Source: Isurus oxyrinchus (taxonomy: Eukaryota). From it: a DNA stretch of 64,000 nt. This document shows positions 54,181 through 64,000 of this stretch, in pieces. The stretch covers positions 23,188,001-23,252,000 of the forward strand of contig JANJGN010000026.1 in assembly GCA_026770705.1 (NCBI GenBank), written 5' to 3'. The notes below the pieces were generated by a model, which was given only the letters and a program-made list of their open reading frames with translations, was not told where the DNA came from and ran no database searches. Positions within the stretch are counted from its first letter, which is position 1. Each line of letters begins with the position of its first letter. A program made the translations under genes and the position numbers.

Positions 54181-55649
54181 GTTCCAGGTGTCAATTACTC
54201 GTGGGACCATCACTCTCATTATAAAGTTTCTGTCATTTCATTAAATTTTATGACTTTCTTCTAAAATGACGGGGGACTTAGGATGGTTTTGATGGCTGCT
54301 TATTTGAGATAGAGCATGTGATGTCTTGTAACACAGGACTCATCGGTCTAGATGTCTAATTAATCTATAGGTATTAATATCATATGTACTGTAGAAGTCC
54401 GATTAGGATAGACACTTATCAGTATGTTATTAGTTGAAAAAAACTGCTTTGCCATCATATGTTTTTGTTGTATCTGAACGTCCTTGGTATAACTTAATTA
54501 AAAATGCAGAATCGTTCATAGACTTACAAAAATTACAAAGTTACAGAAATTACACAGTCTATATAAAATACCGATAAAATCAATGCTTGAAAGTGATCGA
54601 TATAAATATATATAAAATCAGTCTTTGAAAGTGATCTATATAAAATACATGTAAAATTAGTGCTTGAAACTGATTAGTTTGCTAAAGTTAAGGCAATAAG
54701 ATTCACTTAAAAAATAACATGATACATTCCTAAGTAATAAAAAGCAAGAGAACTTTATAGATACAAAGGCTGGTTACAGAACTTAATTCTAAACTTACAG
54801 ATTCAAAGATGAAGGAAAGTGACTGCTTCTTTTATAACATCACAAGTTAAACTGCACTAATTTAGTGCACAGGATGAGTGTTTTATCACCTGTTTTTCTT
54901 TGCATATTAGGTCTTTGAATCTGAGGGGGAATACAACTGGCCTAGCCTCTGAAAACCTGATTAAGCCAGTTATCTAATCAACTAGTTGTAGTTGCAAGCA
55001 GAGCCTGTGTGAGCCCTGTTTTAAGGCTGGACTAAAACTCACCTTCCAACCCTAACAGCAACTTTTAGTTAATTGCTAAATTAAAGAAAGATTAGACTTT
55101 AGATATAAATTAACCCTTAAGTCACTAAACTCCAATTTAAGCACTCTACTACAGACAAATTCCCTGCTGTCTGTCCTGAATGAATCCATCTCATTAACAA
55201 ATGTTGAGATTCAGGGACAGACTCAGTGCTCCAGTCCCTATCCCTTATTCCTGATAGTCTGAAGCTCACCTCAGTCCCCATAGCCGGGTTCATGGTGAAA
55301 CTGATGGTCCTGAACTGCCTTTAAAAAAATAATCAGCAATCCAACTCATTGGTTACAATATTTAATAGAACAAAATTGATCAAAGATGCAGGTAAAATAT
55401 TCTCCAAGGTTTTCTGACACGGTGCAGTAATTGTTTCTGATGGTTTAATGGTGGTCACCATTACCTGGTGCAGCTCAGGTTTAGTTTATACCAATTCCTG
55501 TCTATTTCTGAGACACTTTACCCCACCCTGATTCTCCATTCCAGAGAAAACTCAGTCATTGACATGAGATTAGGGCCTTTAACGGTGACTCTGACAACCC
55601 AGCATGCATTGTGAGGCAGAATCAACCCTATCTAATAAACCACAGAGCT

Positions 55650-55770
55650 CAATATAAAACAGTGACATTATCCGCAGACCCGAATTTAAAACAGTGAACA
55701 TTATCCCCGGACCCAAATATAAAACATTGAACATTATCCCCCAGACCTGAATATAAAACAGTGAACATCC
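55650..55770. repeat. Second locus of the 34-bp minisatellite (~4 copies)
   Basis: aatataaaacagtgaacattatcccc units matching 7840-8398. Confidence 0.9.
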
Positions 55771-55789
55771 TCCTGATGCGGGTGCTGTG

Positions 55790-56010
55790 CTGATGGATTC
55801 AGACTGCGACAGTCCAGTGTTCCAAACAGGTTGGTTCCAGGAACCAGATTTAATGGCTGGATCATTGCAGATGAGGGTCTCCCCCTTCAAACTCGGCTCC
55901 TGTGAGGAACCGCACCAATGAGGCTCTGGAACACGACAACCAGAGTCACATGACCACCAGGTGTGTCATCGAGCAAAGCATTACAATGTTGAAGATGTGT
56001 TTAACCTGTT
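55790..56010 (+). mobile_element. PIF/Harbinger transposase fragment
   Basis: Hand translation gives LRQSSVP..GWIIADEGLPLQT..NQSHMTTRCVIEQSI.MLKMCF (HARBI1-like DDE region). Confidence 0.6.
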
Positions 56011-56167
56011 GTCCAAACTTCTGAGAAAATTTACCATTCCAGGGTAGTTTGAGGTAGACCAGGTACTTCTCAGGTCTGAAAGTAGTGGCCAATGGCTCAT
56101 TTACAAATTTGCACAATACACAGCAATCATTGCTACTGTGTCATGGTTACGCAAGTGTTTTCCACGA

Positions 56168-59100
56168 GAAACATAGAAACTAGGATCAGGAGTAGGCCAT
56201 TTGGCCCTTTGAGCCTGCTCCGCCATTCATTATGATCATGGCTGATCATCTAACTCAATAGCCTGCTCTCGCTTCCTCCCCTTTGATCCCTTTCGCCCCA
56301 AGAGCTATATCTAACTCCTTCTTGAAAACATACAATGTTTTGGCCGCAACAACTTTCTGTGGTAGTGAATTCCACAGGCTCGCCACTCTCTGGGTGAAAA
56401 AAATTCTCCTCATCTCAGTCCTAAATGGTCTACCCCATATCCTCAGACTGTGATCCCTGGTTCTGGACTCCCCCACCATCGGGAACATCATTCTTGCATC
56501 TACCCTGTTTAGTCCTATTAGACTTTTATAGGTTTCTATGAGATCCCCTCTCATTCTTTTGAACTCCAGCGAATATAATCCTAACCTATTCAATACTCCT
56601 CATATGTCAGTCCCAGCATCCCAGGAATCAGTCTGGTAAACATTTGCTGCACTCCCTCTATTGCAAGAACATCCTTCCTCAGATAAGGAGACCAAAACTG
56701 CACACAATATTCCAGATGTGGTCTCACCAAGGCCCTGTATAATTGCAGCAAGGCATCCCTGCTCCTGTACTTGAATCCTCTCGCTATGAAGGCGTTTGCC
56801 TTCTTTACCGCCTGCTGCACCTGCATGCTTACCTTCAGCGACTGGTGTACAAAGACACCCAGGTCTTGTTGTGCATTCCCCTCTCTCAATTTATAGCCAT
56901 TCAGATAATAATCTGCCTTCCTGTTTTTGCTCCCAAAATGGATAACCTCACATTTATCCATATTATATTGCATCTGCCATGCAGTCGTCCACTCACTCAA
57001 CTTGTCCAAATCACAGTGAAGCATCTCTGCATCCTCCTCACAGCTCCCCCTCCCACCCAGCTTTGTGTCATCTGCAAATCTGGAGATATTACATTTAGTT
57101 CCCTCATCTAAATCATTAATATATATTGTGAAAAGCTGGGGTCCCAGCAGCCGATCTCCGCGGTACCCCACTGGTCACTGCCTGCCATTCAGAAAAAGAC
57201 CCGTTTATTCCTATTCTTTGTTTCTTGTCTGCCAACCAGTTTTCTATCCATCTCGATACACTGCCCCCAATCCCATGCACTTTAATTTTATACACTAATC
57301 TCTTATGTGGGACTTTGTCGAAAGCCTTCTGAAAGTCCAAATAAACCACATCCACTGACTCCCCCTCACCAACTCTACGAGTTACATCCTCGAAAAACTC
57401 CAGTAGATTTGTCAAGCATGATTTCTCTTTCGTAAATCCATGCTGACTCTGTCTGATTCTGCCACTGTTTTCCAAGTGCTCAGCTATTAAATCTTTTATA
57501 ATGGGCTGTAGAACTTTCCCCACTACTGACGTCAGGCTGACTGGTCTATAATTCACTGTTTTCTCTCTACCTCCCTTTTTAAATAGTGGGGTTAAATTAG
57601 CTACCCTCCAATCTGCAGGAACTGTTCCAGAGTATCTAGAATCTTGGAAGATGACCACCAATGCTTGCACTATTTCTAGGGCCACTTATTTAAGTACCCT
57701 GGGAAGTAGATCATCAGGCCCTGGGGATTTATCGGCCTTCAATCCCATCAATTTCTCCAACACCATTTCCCCATTCATGCTGATTTCTTTCAGTTCCTCC
57801 CTCACACTAAACCCTGTGTTCCCCAAAATTTCTGGTATGTTATTTGTGTCCTCTTTGTGAAGACAGAACCAAAGTATTTATTTAGTTGGTCAGCCATTTC
57901 TTTGTTCCCCATTATAAATTCCCCTGTTTCTGACTGTAAGGGACTACATTTGTCTTCACCAATCTTTTTCTCTTCACATACCTATAGAAACTTTTACAGT
58001 CAGTTTTTATGTTCCCTGCAAGCTTACTCTCGTACTCTATTTTCCCTTCTTAATCATCCCTTGGTCCTCCTTTGCTGAATTCTAAAGTGCACCCAATCCT
58101 CAGGTTTGTTGTTTTTTCTGGCCAATTTGTATGCCTCTTTCTTGCATCTAATACTATCTCTAACTTCCCTTGTAAGCCATGGTTTGGCCACGTTTCCTGT
58201 TTTACTTTTACGCCAGACAGGAATAAACAATCAGATAAAAGCAAAATACTGTGAATGTTGGAAATCTACACTCTTTGAATGTTTGCCAATGCCCATCCAC
58301 CATCATCCCTTTAAGTAACATTTCCCAATCCATCTTCACCAACTTGTATCTCACACCATTGTAGTTTCCTTTATTAAGATTCTGGACTCTAGTCTCAGAA
58401 TCAACGACGTCACTCTCCATCTTGATGAAGAATTCTATTATACTATGGCCACTCATCCCCAAGAGGCCTCGCACAACTAGATTGCTAATTATTCCTTTCT
58501 CATTACACAATACCCAGTCAAGGATGGCCTGTTCTCTGATTAGTTTCTCAATGTATTGGTCCAGAAAACCATCCCGTATACACTCCAGGAATTCCTCCTC
58601 CACAGTATTGTTACTAATTTGATTTGCCCAATCTATATGCAGATTAAAGTCACCCATAATTACAGATGTTCCTTTGTTGAATGCATCTCCAATTTCCTGT
58701 TTAATGCCATTCCTAACATCACCATTACAGTTTGGGGGTCTATTTACAACCCCACTAATATTTTTTGCCCCCTAGTGATTCTCAGCTCTACCTATACAGA
58801 TTCCTCATCATCAGAGCTAATATATTTCCTCACTATTGTGTTAATTTCCTCTTTAACCAGCATTGTGACTCCACTACCTATTCCTTTTTGTCTGACTTTC
58901 CTAAATACTGAATACCCCTGGATGTTCAGTTCCCATCCCTGGTCACCCTGCAGCCATGTCTCAGTAATCCCAACTATATCATACCTGTTTACATCTATTT
59001 GCGCAGTTAATTCATCCACTTTATTGTGAATGCTCCTCGTGTTAAGGCACAAAGCCTTAAGACTTGTCTTTTAACATTACTTGTCCCATTCCCAATATTT

Positions 59101-59450
59101 TTCCCTGAGGCCCTGTTTGATTCTTGCCCTTGATTTCTCTGCCTATCACTTCTCTTCTCCCCCTTTCTGTATTTTGTTCTTGTCCTTGATTCCGCCTCCT
59201 CTGACTGCTTGCATTGGTTCCCATCCCCCTGCCATTGTAGTTTAAACCCTCTCCAACCACTCAAGCAAATATTCCCCTAGGACATCAGTCCCGGTCCTGC
59301 CCAGGTGTAACCCGAGTAGTTTGTACTGGTCTCACCTCCCCCAGAATCAATCCCAATGTCTCAGGAACCTGAAACCCTCCCCCTCACACCATCTCTTCAG
59401 CCATGTATTAATCCATTATATCCTGCTATTTCTACTCTGACTAGCACTAA
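56168..59450 (-). mobile_element. Near full-length CR1 LINE (ORF1 esterase-like end, ORF2 APE plus RT), frameshifted
   Basis: YDIVGITETWL, MGDFN, NYRPVSLTSVVGK, YLDFQKAFDKVPH and FADDTK motifs. An upstream GLHL esterase-like motif and the CR1 3'UTR are present. Confidence 0.93.
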
Positions 59451-59454
59451 CAGG

Positions 59455-60070
59455 ATGTGGGCATCAATCCAAAAAGAGGTTCTACCAACTACATAACTAA
59501 GCAATATTGTGTATGAATTTCACTGCCAGTGCAGTGCCAGGTATGAAGGACGTACATCCCAGTGATTGACTGATTGAATCAAACCACATGTTCCTTCGCT
59601 TCTCCCTAATAGGTAGAGTACCAGCCCGCGCTTGCAAAACCAAAAACACAACGTCTACTGTGAGATGTGATTCCACCATTGGACAACACCTGCTGAACAA
59701 TCCAGAGTGTGCTAATAGCTACACTAATAACCAATTTAAGTTAATCAGTCAAGCTTGTAACATAGCTCATTTCTGTTTTCTAGAAGTGACATACATTCAT
59801 ATGCAGCGACCCACTCCCTACAAACCAAAGGAATGTTTTCAAGCCTTGCACCTTTTTTGAATAACCCAGAAGTTGGGGAACCTATAGATTCATGTTGATT
59901 TCTCCATGGCAACGCCTCAGCCAATCATAGTTCACTTGTCAACCAATCAGCACCAGTTTCCCCTGTAGTATATGTTGTTGTGATCATTTGAAATTTGGCA
60001 TTCTTGTGTTTGTCCTGATCAGTACAAGGTGAAAACCTTCGGCAACATGTCTCCCTTTTCAGAAATATTT
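59455..60070 (+). mobile_element. Second Penelope family: GIY-YIG 3' fragment with hammerhead-like motif
   Basis: NIVYEFHCQCSARYEGRTSQ and CDSTIGQHLLNNPEC. TTGTC CTGATCA GTACAAGGT GAAA ACCT TC GGCAA at 60010-60045. Confidence 0.72.
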
Positions 60071-60459
60071 AAGTTCTGTACTACCAAAGAACTAAATGTT
60101 GTTTTATGTTCCTTGACAACATAATATCATAATGAGAAGAATGTGTAAGTCAGTAAGAATCGTCGCGGCAAGGATTAATCAGCACTTTCTAATTGGAGAT
60201 GTTAATCAGTGGAACTTTTCAGATACTGAATCGTAGATTTTGTACCAAAAATCAATTTAAGATTGAAGTAAAAGTTCATAGAGTTATTATAAACAAGTTC
60301 CAGTTGAAAGTTCTTGAATTAAAACAAAATATCACAGGTGGTGCTTTTGAAAAGGGACACTGCAGCCCTGAAAATCAGCAACAGGTCCAGAATATTAAAC
60401 TCCAGCTAATTATAGGGGTTGTTAACATCAGCAGAAACAAACCCAATATTGTCAGACTA

Positions 60460-61452
60460 TCAGTCCTGGGTGTTATTAACAGGAGCAATAACACCAGAAT
60501 CCAACCCCTGCAGATACTTGTGAACTTGCTGGTGTGTTAGCAGATGGGATGATCGAGTGTATCCCTTCCCACATTCAGAGCAGATGAACGGCCTCTCCCC
60601 AGTATGAGTGAGTTTGTGTAAATGCAGGCTGCCGGACTGAGTGAATCCCTTCCCACACACGGAGCAGGTGAATGGTCTCTCTCCAGTGTGAGTGCGTTGG
60701 TGAGCAGTGAGAATTGATAACTGCCTGAAACTCTTTCCACAGTGAGTACAACTGAATGGCTTATCCTCAGTGTGAATTCGCTGGTGTGACAGAAGGCTGG
60801 ATGAATTTGTGAAATCCTTCCCACACACAGAGCAGGTGAATGGCCTCTCCCCCGTGTGAACTCGCTTGTGTGCGTTGAGGTTGGATGAAGACCTGAATCT
60901 CTTTCCACAGTAAGTGCAGCTGAATGGCCTCTCCTCAGTATGAACTCGCTGGTGTGACAGCAGGTTAGATGAAAGAGTAAATCTCTTCCCACACACAGAA
61001 CAGGTGAACGGCTTCTCCCCTGTGTGAATTCGCTGGTGTGACCAAAGACCGGACGGCCCAGCGAAATCCTTACCACACAAGGAGCAGCTGAATGATCTCT
61101 CCCCAGTATGAACTCGTTGATGTGCGTTGAGGTTGGATGAACACGAGAACTTCTTTTCACAGTAAGTGCAGCTGAAAGGTCTCTCCTCAGTGTGAATACT
61201 TTGGTGTGACAGCAGGTGGGATGACAAAGTGAATCCCTTCCCACACTCAGAGCAGGTGAATGGCTTCTCCCCAGTGTGACTGCGTCGATGAATTTCCAGC
61301 AGGTATGGATAATTGAATCCTTTCCCACATTCCTCACATTTCCACGGTTTCTCCATCATGCCAGCCCCAATGTGATTGCGTTTATGGATTTCCAGTCGGG
61401 ATGGATAATTGAATCCTTTCCCACAGTCCCCACATTTCCATGGTTTCTCCAT
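60460..61452 (-). CDS. C2H2 zinc-finger protein, unit I (11 fingers)
   Basis: Open frame from the MEKPWKC ATG at 61452, with an intact acceptor at 61820-61821. Confidence 0.9.
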   Translation of the reverse strand: MEKPWKCGDCGKGFNYPSRLEIHKRNHIGAGMMEKPWKCEECGKGFNYPYLLEIHRRSHTGEKPFTCSECGKGFTLSSHLLSHQSIHTEERPFSCTYCEKKFSCSSNLNAHQRVHTGERSFSCSLCGKDFAGPSGLWSHQRIHTGEKPFTCSVCGKRFTLSSNLLSHQRVHTEERPFSCTYCGKRFRSSSNLNAHKRVHTGERPFTCSVCGKDFTNSSSLLSHQRIHTEDKPFSCTHCGKSFRQLSILTAHQRTHTGERPFTCSVCGKGFTQSGSLHLHKLTHTGERPFICSECGKGYTRSSHLLTHQQVHKYLQGLDSGVIAPVNNTQD

Positions 61453-62039
61453 GGTGCCGGTGTCCTTGTGTCTCTCCAGGTTGGACAATCAGTTGAAGCC
61501 TTGACCACAGACAGAACATATGTATGGTTTCTCCCCACTCTGAATGGTGTGATGGTTTTTCAGGCAGGATAACTGGTTAAAGCTCTTTTCACGGTCAGTG
61601 CCTGGAACACTCTCATGCAGGTATATGTGTGTCTCTTGGTGCTTTTTTACTCGTACTGAATTTTGAAATCTTCTTCCACAGACAGAACAGGGAAATATTT
61701 ATCTTTCCACAGTCAAAAGCCAATGATATTTAGGTCATGATGAAGCATGTGGCTCTGTCAGATCATAACGTGAAGTTTAGTTTGAGTTTCCTGCCTGTAA
61801 ATCTTCCTCTTCAAATACCCTGGAAAAGGAGTTCACAAAACTAATTCAGAACAGACAATTCTACTTTGTATGGAACATTTTCCTCTCATTTACCCAAAAG
61901 CTGTAAATCCTCATCCCACACACTCTCCCTCCTCCCTGGGCTGAAATCCAAACTCATTGCACCATCTCCACCATTTCATGGCTGCACTACCAGTCTCCAC
62001 AACCCCTGACCCCCACTCTGGCTGAGTCCAGTTTGCCAG

Positions 62040-63110
62040 CCCATGTGTAGAGGGAGAGTCAAATCAAGAGTCTATAATTTTCTCTCCTGGTCACAGGACC
62101 CCAAAGTCCCACCCACTCCGTGTTGCATTACCACAATGGCCGCACATGTACTCTGCTTGCCGCTGAAATATGATGACCACCAACATGAGTCTGTTCCCGA
62201 GAAATGCTGCATTTATTTGTTCTACAACACCAGGGGAAGTACTTCCTGCATCAACACAAAGACAGTGTGAGTCGTGGAAAGCGAGAGTCGCTTTTAAGTG
62301 CAGATGGTGTCTTATATCTTATATCTCATTTTACCATTTGCTGCTGGACTGACATTCTAAATTAAGTTTTAAAATACAAGCTGAAATCTGGTATCAGGGA
62401 ATAAATTAAAACACAATCATGTTAGAATTGAGTGTTCCCCAAAATCCTGTCAGTCAAATTCTCATCAGAAATACATCAGGGGATTGTACTTTAATAGGTA
62501 TTTTCACAAATGCCATAAATGACTTATATTTAAATATATATGAACATATTCTTCAGTAAATAAATAATAAATAACGATATTTAATAAACAACAACCCAAT
62601 GTGGGGTTCGACACTCTGACTCTGGGTTTCTGATCTCCATTAACCACTAACTGGATCCACAAAGTGTTTCCAAACACTCCCCGTCCAGCCGCCGGCTCCA
62701 TCGCTCCATCCCCCGGGCCTGTCACCGCGGGTTAAACACGGGGCTTGGGGCCTACCCCAGAAGTTGATCCAGTTCCCAGTCCAGCCGCGGTTGCCATTCC
62801 TACCCTGTGCTCACAATCTCCTCCCGCCTCCAGAACTGTCCGCTCCTTCTCACTCTGTCACCATGACTGACACTGAGCATGCTCAGAGCGCACACCCACA
62901 CTGCACCTGCGCACAGGGAGCCGGGCCACTGGCCGTCGCCATCTTGAGAGAGGAAAGCGAGCCTGTTCAGAGAGTCGGGAGTATGGGCGGCCATCTTAGT
63001 GAGGGAACGGGTGAATGAGGATAGGGCTTCCTCCCCGGTGACAGGCCCGGGTTACCCGGGCAACCGGCCGCCGCCATCTTGTGCTGAGGGTTTTCCATCC
63101 GGGTCTGTAG
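62040..63110. promoter_or_regulatory. Promoter region of unit I
   Basis: Shared module at 62040-62215(-). The CpG island at 62670-63110 has three GCCATCTT (YY1-like) motifs and TGAGCATGCTCA. Confidence 0.6.
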
Positions 63111-63225
63111 TGAAGGAATGGACAATGAGCTGGAGTCAGTTTGAAAACTGTTCAGAGGAAGGTCTGAAATCAGATTTACATCCAGATACCTGTAAGGACA
63201 ATAAAGTTTACATCAATTATGTGTT

Positions 63226-63395
63226 TAAAATGAAATCAGAATGCTGGAAATAATCAGTTCTGAAGAAGAATCATATTGGATTGGAAATGTTAAATCTGTC
63301 TCTCTCTGTTCACAGAAGCTGCCAAACCTGCAGAGAATTTCCAGAACTTTCTGTTTTTATTTCAGATTTCCACCATCCACCGTATTTTACTAAAA
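63226..63395 (+). mobile_element. Old Penelope tail fragment with hammerhead-like core
   Basis: AGTT CTGAAGA A GAATC atattg GATTG GAAA TGTT at 63256-63291. Confidence 0.6.
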
Positions 63396-63642
63396 TTATT
63401 ATGTTTCTTTGCAATTTTGTTGGATAATTAGTTAAGAGTAAAATAATTGTTACCATTTAAATGTACAAATCAATGATATTTATTTGTGTGACTGAGACTC
63501 GGCTGTTCAGGAACAATGTCAGAAATCACTTCGCAGAAAATGTAGTGGAAATCTGGAATTCTATTGAGATTCAAACAATTGAAAATAAATAACATAGATT
63601 GCCGGACGTTTGTGAGGCAAGAAAGTATTAGCGGTCATGGAA

Positions 63643-64000
63643 TCAAAGCAATTGGATGGCTTTAACATAGAAATCTGGTATCAGTGTCTGAGCTTGGACT
63701 AATTCTGGTTTTGTTTTGAAAGTGGTGTAGGTTTCACGTCTGCTCTGTAGCTTATCTCCACATCCACGGGTAATTTGCTCAAGGTGAAATGCAGAGACGA
63801 AAATGGAGAAGAGGCTTGGTGCAATGACACAGCCTTGTCTGATCCCAGACTTCACTGAGATACAGTCTGTGGTGGTTCTGTTGATGAGGTTCGTGGCTTT
63901 CATGTCATTGTGGAGTAGGCAGAAGATGGTGGCAAATTTGAGGAGGATACGGGATAAAACGTCACAGTTTGACTGTGTAAAAGGCTTTTGTGAGGACAAA
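63643..64000 (-). mobile_element. RTE LINE RT fragment
   Basis: VKSGIRQGCVIAPSLFSIF. Confidence 0.75.

Noticed and set aside
60537-61337. Long alternative-frame and antisense ORFs over ZNF arrays (also 25671-26042 and 33350-33766)
   Set aside because: These are expected shadow frames of repetitive C2H2 codon patterns.

Overview
Vertebrate genomic DNA, most likely from a cartilaginous fish (inferred from the CR1, DeuSINE and Penelope repeat types and from MEKPWKC-type zinc-finger genes). The backbone is a cluster of about nine C2H2 zinc-finger gene units with no visible KRAB domain. Two are intact (25223-26206 +, 60460-61452 -) and the rest are disrupted. The units share a cassette of CpG/NRF1/YY1 promoter, conserved splice acceptor, degenerate 5' fingers, finger array and conserved 3'UTR block, and several lie head-to-head. 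Between them are Penelope-like elements with minimal hammerhead ribozyme motifs, CR1, Tx1, RTE and L2 LINE fragments, SINEs, a Copia relic, solo LTRs, an ERV-like relic and minisatellites. The most unusual feature, absent from the ORF track, is a full-length, gap-free 164-nt U1 snRNA variant at 1694-1857 (-). It shows compensatory stem changes and a 3' box, but its 5' splice-site recognition end is rewritten (AUAUUUAGGUG) and its U1-70K loop is replaced. It sits in the spacer of a ~1.15-kb Penelope inverted repeat. All identities and alignments were done by eye.
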